Assembly (NCBI GenBank): GCA_964057225.1 | Contig: OZ059896.1 | Span: forward strand, 8,246,001 to 8,310,000 | DNA from: Auanema rhodensis | Taxonomy: Eukaryota > Animalia > Nematoda | Reading direction: 5' to 3' | Length of the DNA: 64,000 bases | Shown: positions 12,407 through 24,908 of the stretch, piece after piece | How the letters are laid out: each line of letters starts with the position of its first letter | Numbering within the stretch: the stretch's first letter is position 1 | Made by a program: the position numbers and the translations under genes | Notes under the pieces: generated by a model | Databases searched by the model: none | Told to the model about the DNA's origin: nothing | Seen by the model: only the letters and a program-made list of their open reading frames with translations

Positions 12407-15400
12407 TTGAAGATATTCGTTTTAATCTGAAATAGCATTTTTGTGAATCAATAAAAATAATATTCAAAAACAAATGAGAAATCTGTGTATATCCTATGAA
12501 ATACACAAACGAACATACAATATCGAAAATATTTTTGAACGGAAAGAAAATATTAAGAATAAGGTATAGAAGAATAAACGAAGGTGAAACAAGTAGACTG
12601 ACAAAGAAAGAGAGAAGGGTGTTAAATCATGTATCGGTTAAGCAATATACGTTCACACCTATTAACGAATACATTACACAGCAGGTAGTAATTCGTTTTC
12701 CTTTTCCATACCTCTATCTGCATATCCTCTTTCGTTCTCCTTGAAGTCAACGTCATCACTCGCTCATTTCTCTCTTCTCCACCTTATTCTCATCTTTTTC
12801 AGACTCATCTGAATTTTGTTATTTGGCCTTTATGCTACTTTGCAAATCACATACGACATATCTTGTGTGATGAAGGTTATTTCTACTCTAAAACATCATA
12901 AACTATGGTAAGGATTACGGTAGCGGCTGTTTCGTGTTGCGATATGATCGACCCAGAGCCATATTAAGAAAAAGATGTCCGTTTCTTTGACTATAGACTG
13001 CTCAGTGGGTAGCTGGATATATAGTAGATACAAGAACAAATACGTGTAATAAGCAATTTGAGAGAAATATATTGTCAGTTATAGATAGAAAATACAAAAG
13101 AAGAACTTTGGTGGCCTGAGAGAACGGGAAAATAATGTATGCATCACATGTTTCTGAGAAAATATGCTAGGAAAGGAATCAATTGTTAAAAATTTTGCGT
13201 ATTTCGGTGAAATATCAGGTGGTGGCTGAGTATCAAGCAAATTGATCTTCATCTGATTCTATTATCAGTATCATCTGCTTCATCTTCACACCTTCTCATA
13301 GTGGAGAAGGATTAAACGTCAAACTTAGCTGCTGACCTTTCAATCTGCCATCTGACCTTATTGTTTCAAGATACTTTTCGCTGTAGGAGACTGCAAAAGA
13401 TGTTTAAAATACATGGTACATGTAGTGGATTAGTAGATTATTAAGCAGGTGCCAGAATTATGAAGAGAAAGATAGGCGTATATCAAGAAGAAGCAGATGT
13501 ATTGGCTTCGGACGTATTACGCCATTTTGATTTTTGAAAACAATGATGATGACAACCTATTATCCTGGTTACACAATATAATATTGTTGCAGAGACTGAT
13601 CAGCATAAAGCAAATGAAGCTTAGTGAAGTAATTTAACTATAACAGTTGATATACAATATATTAAAATATAGTTAAATTATAAAATATATTAATGATGGT
13701 CGGGTATTGTTGAAATAAGTAATTCGTTATAGAGATGAATGAAAGCCACTAGAAATGATTCGTATGAGAGTAATAATAAGTTGAAGGTTATATGATTCAT
13801 TCTCCGGATGGAAAACTAAAAGATTGTATCTTGAAAGATGATTTCTACAAAGGATTTGACCGCCGGCAGCTGACAGCCGAAATGAAGCCGGATGTTTGAC
13901 CATCCTCATGGGAGACGACTATGTGATGTTGCCGAATAAATAAAATTGGATCAAGTAGAAATTAATAACTGTTCTATCAAATGTATTTAAAATATTAATA
14001 AGATAAAATGATATAAGTAAAATATGAAATACTCAAACGAATGATTATAATATTAACGTATATGCTAGAACTTATAGTAACCGAATGCTAATAGTAGACT
14101 ATTTCTATGTTTATAAATATATAATCAATGATTTATCTACAAAATCATTCAGCATAATCTTCACAGAAAAAGAAACTTTAAAAATCTCATATATGTTCAA
14201 ATACATGATCACCAAACAGCTAAGAGATGCCTATAAATTTGAAGATTTACGAATAGTAAGTGAATTCTTCTCATTTCTAAAGCTCACACCTTCCCGAGTG
14301 CATAATGAATTAGATAGAAGATGATGATCATAAATATACGAATCTATATGTTTATCGGGTTTTCGGGTTTTCCAGGTCATTACTATGCACATAAACAATG
14401 GAAAATATTTCTAAAAGCTTATTATGAAAACGGTAGATAACCTGAGCAATACTAATATCTTTTCATCTGAATAAATGATTTAATTATTTTGATTTGCAAG
14501 AGAATAAAGATAAATCGTGAACTCAACAGATTGGTGTACGGTATTTAGACTAGTTGCCATACGTTTTTCATTGTCAAGTATATATTTTTTGATAACTAAT
14601 ATTTCATTTATTCATTATTTAACTATGACATAATAATTAAAGTCACGAGTTTTTTTGGATATGCATATTTGAGTGAATAATATTATTCAATGTCTTCTAA
14701 AAGAGGACGAAAAGTGAAAAAAAAGCAATTTTGAGTGGCAATAAGTAGACAGGCGGACAAATCGCAATGTACAGCCATTAACAGTATGAGGAAAGAAAGC
14801 ATCATCTGGTTAAGTGGACAAGAATTGCCTATTTGTATGATTCCATAGAGCAACAGGCACACATGGAGCTCATCAAGATTTGAATTGAACAAAAGGCTAA
14901 CCGCATGAAGCATCGTGTTCATGGGTATAGTCAATTGTAATTCAGAAGTCTAGATCTATCCTCCCTTGAGGAAACAAAGATACAGAGGAATAGGAGTTAA
15001 GAAAATACTTTCTTCGAAGGATAATATAATAATTAAGAGGTTGGATTCGCAAGAGGTAAATAATATTAGAAGACTAATTGAAGAAAGTTGCAAGTAAATT
15101 AGATAAATTTATTCGAACAGAAGATTTGTTGGTAGAACTGATCTTCGTCAGTTTCAATGTTTGAGAGTGGTATGAATATCAAAAATGCCGAGTTCATCGG
15201 CATCTACTACAAGAAAATAAGAAAGATCTCATTACAATGACAGATTTTTAGCTGATTTTCGGTTAAATCTTTAGACACCCTGCGGCGTCTGTTTACAATA
15301 AAAGGCTCGGATTGTCTGAACAGGCAAGGCTTTGTTATATAAAATACAAAAGGATTGGCTGATTTGATACTAATAATAAATATGAAATGTTTTATAAGTC

Positions 15401-16750
15401 ATTAATCCTAAATCAGTAAATCAAATGTTGATTAGTTGGGAATTATTTAATTAGGCACAACGTTTAAATGTGTTCAGATTTTTGATGATCTTGAATGGAA
15501 AAATAGAAACGCATAAAAATGATAAGTATAAAAACTGCAAAAGAATCTGTTGCCAAGTCTGTGTGGCCTTCGATTTTCACTCATCCAGTTGCAGACATCT
15601 GTCAGCCATCTCAGCTTTTGACATTACATATGGGAAAAGAATTTTGGAAATGAAAGAGATAAAAAAAATTACAAACAACTTCTAAGCCTAAAGAGTTCAA
15701 GCTTTTCATAAAAATACTGGTTACGCACAATTTTTTATCGACAGTTGCGTTATAAAGTTAATTCAACATGTTTTGATAAATATGTTGAAGGCTGAATAGG
15801 ACGAGGAGGAGCTAACGAAAACCCTTCTTATTCTTTTCTTGGCGACAACTGTGAATTGAAAGGGTCAACGCAGCATGACATTGGATGCAAAGTGGATAAT
15901 ACACAGATGGTCTTATACCTATAATAGCCACCTTATGAACAATTGCTGATTTAAAACAAATCATTATGCGTTTGTTAGTTCTCTAATAGTAAAATAAAAT
16001 ATTACAGAAAGTCAACTTCTTGTAAATCTCAAAAAATGCGTTACAAATGTTAAATTGGAGCAACTAATTCAAAAATCTGTAAGAGCTGTACTTGAATTCT
16101 TGTAAATGTTCAATCATATTTTATATGCGTGTGCCTAAATATTATTGAAATTTTCTTTTTCATCGATATCAGTGGGATGAGCATAAATTTTATTTTTGTC
16201 TTATTCGTATTACAAATGAGTTTTTTTTATATATTATATTCTGTATAAAAACAACATCGAGACGAAAAAATATATGCATATATTCGTGATGAAAGGTATG
16301 GAACATGCATGTATACCCATGTTACAGATAAAAAATATTATTATACATTAGTTTGGTACTTGATCTCTCATTCATTCCAAGAAAAATGAAAATGTGTATA
16401 ATTTGATTTTGATACTTTGATATTCAATCTGAGAATTGGGTGGTCTATTAACATTTAGAATCTTTGTGCTCTAAATTTAATTATTCAAAATCATGTGGAT
16501 TTAATTTTTAATTTATTTCTTCTCTTCTTTACCGAAAATATTGTACGAGCCTAAATTATTAATAGGTTTATGAATTGATGCTTTATTGATTGTTTGATTT
16601 TCTTTATCAGCATTTTTTATGGATAAGAAAAAAGGATGTTGAAACCGCTTAAGTAGTTTCGTAAGTGAATATTATACCTTGTTGTACTTTGTAATATTAG
16701 CAATTTAGCTTAATTTTATATTGACTTAGATTTGAGTGTTTGATAGAAAA

Positions 16751-17963
16751 ATGGATGGAATGATTAAGCAATCAGTTTCAAACGAGAGCCTTAATTCTTC
16801 AGGATCTATTGATCTTGAACGCTCCACGTGGTAAAGTTTAATAAGCTCATGCACGTTGACTTTTTTCTTAAAGGACATCATCGCTTTCATATAATAAAGA
16901 AAATCAAAAGCTAAATTTTGAAATCCAATGTATTCCTGAGGAAGGACCTGAATCCACTTTCAAGCCCAACAAAGTAAGTCATTTTTAAATTTATAACATT
17001 TCACTTGTATCATAGAATTGGAACTTCTGTGCAGATGTAACATTAAGAGGTTATGCAGATGGTAAAATTTTGTTTACACTTGATCTACCGGTGAGTTTTG
17101 TTCTCTTCAACATTGCTAAATATTATGAACATTGCAGAAAACTCATTTTACAAGTGAGAAAAAAACGCACTCTTCCCTGGTTGAAAATGTGAAACTTAAT
17201 TCATCTATCACTTGTTCCGTTATAATCATAATAACATCTGTATCTGGCTTAAGGTTAAGAGAACCCTTTTCCTGCAATATGAGATTTATTTTGCAGTAGA
17301 TCCAGGCCATTAGATTATACAAAGTTGGAGGATATGATTGGTTCAGATTTGGCCATAAAATGCAAAGACGGTGTAACCGCTTTCCTCCACAGAGCGGTAA
17401 TACTTACCATTCGATATTTTAACAAAAACAAATTTAGGTTGCTAATGAAAATAGCGGATATTTTAATGAAACTTGCCTACAATTCAATGTAATTAATTCT
17501 GATTACAATTATAAAGATATGTTCAAGTTGCTTTTGGATTGTTGGTATTCAGATGATTTTGAAATCAATGGTAACTCCTTCAAAATAATGATTATCATAA
17601 ATGTTTATTTTCATTTAGAAGCTAACGTGCTACTTCTTAATGAACTGTCTAAATACTATCAAGATATAAAGTTGCTGAATCTTTGCCACGAATATTGTTT
17701 AAACTATTCTGGTACAAAGTTGTCTTCAATGGAAAAAATAAAAGTTTTACTTTTGGAAAATGATGATGCTGTGTCGGTTAAAATCTATAGCGTAAGTTGA
17801 TTCTCGTATTTAAATGATTTGAATACAAAACTTATTTTAGACACATTTAATTAAAATCGCGGAAGTCAGAGCTTATTTAGAGAAATTTAAAGATTCTGAG
17901 GAGTTTGATAGATTAGAAGACAAGAAAAAATTAGTTATATATGAATGTATGTATAAAAAATAA
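16751..17963 (+). CDS. Divergent MATH-like plus BTB/POZ-domain protein (8 exons)
   Basis: Beta-rich N-terminal half (FEIQC...WNFCADVTL...FT), then BTB-like SDLAIKCKDGVTAFLHRAVANENSGYF...FKLLLDCWYS...LLLNELSKYYQDIKLLNLCHEY. Stop at 17961-17963. Confidence 0.7.
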
Positions 17964-18074
17964 ATTCCTTGTTCTTTCGTTGTGTTATATTACATTTATA
18001 TTCACTTGTTCAATCAGTTTATTACTTATAAGTTCTTAGATTCCAAATGTATAATCTTATTTTTTTATTTCTTG

Positions 18075-19197
18075 ATGCTGAAAACGATCTGTCTATTTTT
18101 GAGCCCCCAGAGGGATGCTAACAGTGATTCTGTGATACCTTCGCAACCTGTAACAATAGGACGATTTACATAGTTTGGTTATATGTATTATTTCTTTTTA
18201 TTATTTAAATATTGAAGCTATCTATCATTCCGCGCTGATGCTAACTTAGGAACAAATGTTGATTCCCGCTCAGTATTTATAGACGTTAATTGTGAGTGCT
18301 TCATAGAAAGCAATCGCGATTGGTCTAGCACTATATCTCTGAATTGTATGGTCAATAGTTTGAAGAAAATGGTATTTTTAAAATTATATTCAGTAACTGA
18401 AGCATGTTTTTAGCCTGCGTATCAGAACGAAGTCACATTTACAAACGAGAAAAAAGTATATAGCATAAATATCGGCACAATGGGTGAATTTTTATTATTA
18501 CCTAGTGCTGACTTTGAGTTCGATATAAGCTTGTTACAAACAACTGGGGTGATGTAAGTGTTGTGAGAATTCTAAAATAATATTTACGATATTTAGTTTA
18601 TCTACACATAACTTTCGTGAAATGGGATACATCGACGACATCTGTATAAAAGTTGGAAGCGAAGATATATCTTTGCATGCTAATAAGAGAGTCCGTATTT
18701 CCATATCTGAGGCACTATGAAATTATTACTATTATTTACAGTTCCTGTCTCTCTTCTCGCAAAAGTTGTCGGAGGTAAGTAATTTGCCTAATGAAAATCC
18801 CTACCATGTATATGAAGTCTTGGAATATCTTTATATCAGAAAATCTCAAATAACTTGTAAGTTTTTTCATTATTTTTATTCTGTTAACGTATGCTATTTA
18901 GCTAAGAACATTGATCACATACTATCCTTTTCCAACACTTACAAAATCAATTATTTATTAGACCTGTGTGAAAAGTTTTTATGTGAACAATTGAAAACAT
19001 GCAGAGATAACGCCGCTATCTTTGGAATAATAGAAAAAAGCTGTAATTATGAGCTTACTAATGTTCGTATAGCTGCTGTAGACCAACTTGCCAACCAACA
19101 AGTATTTTGCGATTTTTTGTTATCTTCAGAGTACAATCGAATAAATGATAAACATAAATTGGCAATAAACACGCAAGGATTAATGAAATTGTCTTAA
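18075..19197 (+). CDS. Second divergent MATH-like plus BTB/POZ-domain protein (6 exons)
   Basis: VFIDVNCEC...DWSSTISL...TFT, then DDICIKVGSEDISLHANKRFLSLFSQKL...VLEYLY...ITSKNIDHILSFSNTYKINYLLDLCEKFL. The start codon is uncertain. Confidence 0.72.
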
Positions 19198-19786
19198 GCA
19201 TGTTGTAGTTGTTATTGTACTCCAAAGGTGGATTTCGAATGTCTTTGTATAAATAAATATTTTTTAAATGTATGTTGGTACATGTTTCTAGTAAAGTACG
19301 GTTACAAGATGATATGAAAAGTTGGGAAAGATATTGATAGTGCCTAAAGTCTTGTTTTATCAAACATTTCCCTGACCGCGTGGTTTCCGTTTTCCTTTCA
19401 ACGAATATAGTTTTATTAGCTTATTAAAGCCAGCTGACGATATTTCATCTAGTTTGTTGAAGGGTATTAACTAATTGATTAGATATCTTTTAATGTCCTT
19501 CTTAGGCCTCCATATATATTAATAATAACGTTAAAGAAGTGTTTAAGTTCCGAAATCTTCACTAATACTAAGTTTTCCTTTTCAAACTTGCTATTTTACT
19601 GACCATCTTCTTCCAAACAATCAATTGTTATTACTTTTGAGCTACCATATAAGTACTATGTACCTTGATGCATGATCATTTTTGATTAGAAAATTGATAA
19701 ACAATTCATCTACATTGATCGCCATCCATGCATTTATACATTATTCTTTTCTATTTATGCTTAAATTAGTGTGTTATATTCAGATA

Positions 19787-21182
19787 ATGTTTGGCACAAA
19801 CGCTTGGCTAAAAGATGGTATGGTATTATCAAAAGAACAGAAACAGTTCTACGAAACAAATGGCTTCATCGTTATAAGAAACTGCGTTCCAAAGTTTGAA
19901 CTAACTAAATATCAACGACGATTCAGAGTTCGTGTTATTTTTTGTAAAAAATAAATCATTTTTCCTTCAGGATATTTGTGAAAAAAAAGATGTCCCACCA
20001 GACATGACTGTGATGAAAGATGTTTCAATTGCCAAGTCTGAATTTCTTTCTGGCGAAAAAGTAATTGTTCATGTTCCGATAACAAAAATATTAATTTGAT
20101 TAAGGCTGTAACTAAAGTTCAAGATTTTCAAAATGATCCAGTGCTCTTTGATTATTGTAAATTCCCAACGGTAATTGTTCAGATGAAATCAATGATAATG
20201 TTTACTCATAGATTGTGAACGTTGTGAAGGATTTGATTGGAACTCGAAGCTCGAACTTGATGGCAATGCATACAATGCTAATAAATAAGCCTCCTGATAA
20301 TGGTTTAGTTTGAACACTTCACTCTCAGACTCATAAGGTTACAGGCAAATTGACATCCCGTCATCCAATGCATCAGGATCTACACTATTTTCCTTTTCGA
20401 CCCGCTGATTATATCTGTTGTGCATGGACTGCAATGGAAAAAGTAAAATACTGGGATGATTTAAGTTAATAATATCATATTAAGTTTTAGATTAATAGAG
20501 CCAATGGGTGCTTAGTCGTAGTACCTGGAACTCATAAAGGAACTTTGTTGCCACATGAATATCCAAACTGGCAGGTACTACAATGTATTAATTAAAATAT
20601 TAAATATCTAGGAATGCTGATCGAGAACTATATTTATAATAATTTCTTACCATACACAGAAGCTTTAATAATGTTTAATTGTTTTTAAGGGAGGCGTAAA
20701 TAAGGCTTATCACGGAATTCAAAATTACGATCCTAATTCAGCAAGAGTTCATCTAGAAATGGAAGCTGGAGATACCGTATTTTTCCATCCAATTTTGATT
20801 CATGGCTCAGGAGCCAATAGAACAGAAGGTTGAAAGTTAGCCTCTTCATTTTATCAATCCTTTTCAGGTTTTCGAAAGGCTATATCATGTCACTATGCCA
20901 ACGATGATATGTGTAAATATGTGGATGTTCAAGGAACAACCCAAGAAGTAAATATACTTTCAATCTACTATCCATACTTGTAATTATTTTCAGGAACTTT
21001 CAAAAGAAATAATCCAAATCGCAAAAACTAAATTCTTTAAAAAATATGGTCACAAAGATGATAATGAGATTAACATTGATTATGCTGTACGTTTATTTAC
21101 AAATTATAAATAATAATTTACGTTTAAGGATATTTGGCGACTTCGTGCTCGTGAGGTTAATGGTAGTCGAGCCAACTTATAA
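19787..21182 (+). CDS. PHYH: Phytanoyl-CoA dioxygenase (peroxisomal, Fe(II)/2-oxoglutarate), 10 exons
   Basis: [32 protein letters not shown] (HxD motif), [44 protein letters not shown]; C-terminus ...NGSRANL*. Confidence 0.96.
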
Positions 21183-21257
21183 ATGTGTAAATATAATGTT
21201 TCTTATACATAATGCAAACCAATTAGTCAATAAACGAGTTTTACTTATACCGCCATT

Positions 21258-24040
21258 TTACAGCTTGCTTTTTGTATTCAAAAAAGTTGACAAGTCTTTC
21301 CACCAACTAGGACGAAACTTTTCAAATTCATTTTTACGGAATTCCGTCATAAGATGGTCATATGCCCTGAAAAATCAATTACCCCCCATCACGTAATAAA
21401 AAATCAAACCTTCCATCCTTAAATCCTAAAGTGGAATGAAGCAAGAAATCATGTGGAGCGATAGCATCAACAATTGAGATAGCGTCTGGTGCTAAAGAAT
21501 CCTGAGCAGATTTGCGCAGCTTTTGTAGTGTTGTTCCAAAATTGGGACCAGAGCAATATTCTCCTTGAAAGAAGAAAAGAATTATAAACAAGTACATTTT
21601 AAATTACCTATATACAGATAAGATAAATGTTTTTCTAAAACAAACAAGCTGTATAACAAACAAATGTTCTCTAACACCTAAACAGATATTACATTAAATA
21701 TCAGAATACTATTAGACCTTTTTGAGTGAAGAATTCTCCAAATCTACAATGAAATCATAAAACCAACTGATTACCGTATGCTCAGCATACGCGATAGAAA
21801 GAGGATGAGCACCATATATCTTTGAATTAAAAATTATTATTTTTTATTTAAATAATATACCTGTGATAAATTTCTAGATTCAAATTGCCCATTTGGTTTT
21901 TCAGAATCGAGAAGGCTGTTAGTTTGGTTGAGTAAATACTGAATAAGCCATTTATATGCCTTCAAAATATCTGAAAAACAAACAGATGATATCAGAATAG
22001 CTTATTACCTTACCTTCAATAGGTTTATCAGTAAAGCTGGAGAAAGTTGAGGTTGGCGTATTAAGGAACGAATATGTGGACATAGGGCTCGAACAATTTT
22101 TAGTTTTTGCCTTAAATCATTGTTAACAATACATGTTTCCAAGTGGAAATATTTTACTATAGAGGATTCTCCTCTACAAAATATTACAATTTAATTTAAT
22201 TTACCTTGGCAACGAGTATATTACTAGTTTGTTGAAGTAAAATATTATTTTCACCCTCAAAAGTTTGGGATGGATCATATGAATCACGTAGCTCATTTAA
22301 TCGCGACGAATACAAAAAACTATAAGTCATAACAATATTTTTCAAAATTTAAATTCACATACCCGTGACCGCCACAGGCTCTTCTAGCTTCCCCCAACGC
22401 TTCAATACCTAACCAAGTAGATATAGGTTTAGCAGCTGAAGATAAAGCGTGTACTTCTTTAGAAAATTCAGCCTGAAATATGTTTAAAAATAGAAAGCAA
22501 ATTGAAAATTGTTCGAACTAAGTCATCAGACTTTTCACCAGTAATCATACGAATCATATATTCTTTAAAATATTCCAAAAATCTGTAAAAAAAAAAGTAA
22601 AAACAAGCAAAAAACCTGATAAATTACCTCTTGTGAAAAATCCTGAGTGCGATATGAGACGCCAAGTACGGAAACAATCTATGTTGTTGAAGTGGATAAT
22701 CAAGGACAGGAATTTCTTCTTAAATATTAAAATTATAGAACATTGTATATAAAATGTAAGAAACCTTTCCCAGGAGGGCCAAATTGGCGACGAGTGGCAC
22801 TGTATCGGATAGCAATGGTAGATGCTAAGGCGCAAGCTTGCAGACCTTTACCAATAATTCCAATTCTAATGTGAAAGAATTATATTTAACAATTCGGTGC
22901 AGATAGTTGAGACCTCCCAATAGACAAAGACCCCAAGCTAACAGACTGCCTCTCACTAGTAGATTTGTAGCTGCTAATGTAATTACCATCTTTTGTCACT
23001 TCAAGACCCTTATTTAGTAATGAATCTAAATGAGCCCGATGATTCTAAATTTAGCATGTTTTATGTCTATCTAAAACTTTCTTCATTACCTTGAATTCCA
23101 TCCAACCGTTTTCCACAGAATTCCATGCTCCGGGCTTCTCCCCCATATCACCAATAGTAATGCCCGGAAGAGTAGCGAATGTTTCAAGATTTCGCACTTG
23201 GAGAACGAAAGCATGTAATCCTTTAGAAACACCCCCAATAATCAACTGAGCAAAAACTACAGCATGGGTGGCAGAAAATGCTTAAAATATAACTTGAAAC
23301 CCATACTGCCTGCTTGTAACCTAAATTTCCAGCCCACACTTTTATGGCTCCTTCATTAGGTGAATTAAAAACAAATTCTCCATTGTCGTAAGTAGCAGTA
23401 GTTTGAATCATTTGGGTATTTGAGCCATGACTTAGTTCAGTTAAACAGAAGCAGCCTACGATCTGCAGACTACAACGTTGAAAATATTACGTTTTTTTGC
23501 AACCTGGTTATTTCTAGCTTGTTCAAGAATAGCTTGATGCCGTTCAGTTCCCATTGAAATAATAGCGGAAGTAAAAACCTATCATAAAATTAGTTAACTA
23601 CAGATCACAAAAGGCATATAGTCACATTACTGTGCAACATGAGACGTGCAGCTAAACCTTGATCATACAATTCAAGTACTTCAGATAAAGCTAAAAACCG
23701 TTCACTTTCCATCATCGGCTGAAATGATACTAAATATACTTGCATATAAAGATTTTTCAAAATCACATCTTCAATAAAGTTATATTCGATTAATCGCTTC
23801 CATCTTTTGTGGGTTATTTCTCTAGCTTCTTCAAGAGATGGTTTTACAAAGTCCCTTTTGAATAATGGATCTTTCGCTAATACCGTAGTAAATTCATCCT
23901 ACAAATGTTTTGAAAAAACTCTTAGGTTGATTACATACCATAAGTTTGACGTGCTCATCTCCTTCTACCAATAGTTTAAATTTTTTAGGACAAATCGAGC
24001 TTTTCTCACGATAAGCATCCAAAGGAGAATTAACGGACAT
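21258..24040 (-). CDS. acox-3: Peroxisomal acyl-CoA oxidase 3 (pristanoyl-CoA oxidase type), about 18 exons
   Basis: [16 protein letters not shown] (ACOX3-type N-terminus), [47 protein letters not shown], catalytic TFEGEN; ends ...NTKSKL* (PTS1). Confidence 0.93.
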
Positions 24041-24908
24041 CACTCTTAAGTGAGAAAAAGTATTATAAGAGTAAAATATTAAATTAAAATGGATTAAAAT
24101 GCTAAAAAAAAATACTAAATTGAGTTAGACATAATGATGCTTAATGACACCAAACACAATATATTGTTGTCTCCATAGATGGTTAAATATAAGGGTACAT
24201 TGTCGAAAGTTCAATCGATTGTTTGATATCAGATGATTGCCACGAAAGAAGAACCAACTATTTCATTATTTAAAGTGGGCATAATAATAAAATTTTAGCC
24301 AATTATTAAATAGCTCAATTTTATGAAATGGATATAAATTTATTTAATTCAGAAATATAATATTTGTATAGATATTGTTAACAATATAAAGAAATTTATA
24401 CCTTCTAAAAGTCATAGGAGTTTTGGTTACAGTTGATAAACATTTTAGCATCTTCTAAGAAAATTAGTCAATTACTACTTGAAATTTGCTATATGGTAAT
24501 CAAACAATAAGCTAAGCTATATAGCCCAAATATCATACATAATAATTATAAAAATTTGTACAAAAATAGAATTGTATAATAAAGTATTAGCATCTAAAAT
24601 GTTTCTGCTTTTCATCTCAGATTTTACCATTGTTAAAACTCATAGCTGCAAATTTATACAAAATTTTTTATTTAAACTCAAATCATCATACCACTGATTT
24701 CTGCCATTTATGGTAATCTACAATACAATAAATACGTTTAGAAGACGTTTTCCTAGAGTTTGGTATGTAATTGCGACCACGATGGCGGTAAAAATAAATT
24801 TTTGATTTTTGATAGTTCCGAGTTCAATTTTACAGAATTCGTACTATCACCAGCCAAGTGAGCTCCTTTTATGATAGTCTCTTAATATTGAAGCTAAATT
24901 TTTAGAAT

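Noticed and set aside
21046-21396. 116-aa ORF bridging PHYH and ACOX3
   Set aside because: It is an off-frame read across a PHYH intron, the intergenic gap and antisense ACOX3.
22133-22173. Possible cassette micro-exon in an ACOX3 intron (internal tttgtag on the minus strand)
   Set aside because: The available donors give 16 or 41 nt, both frameshifting; direct splicing preserves the protein.
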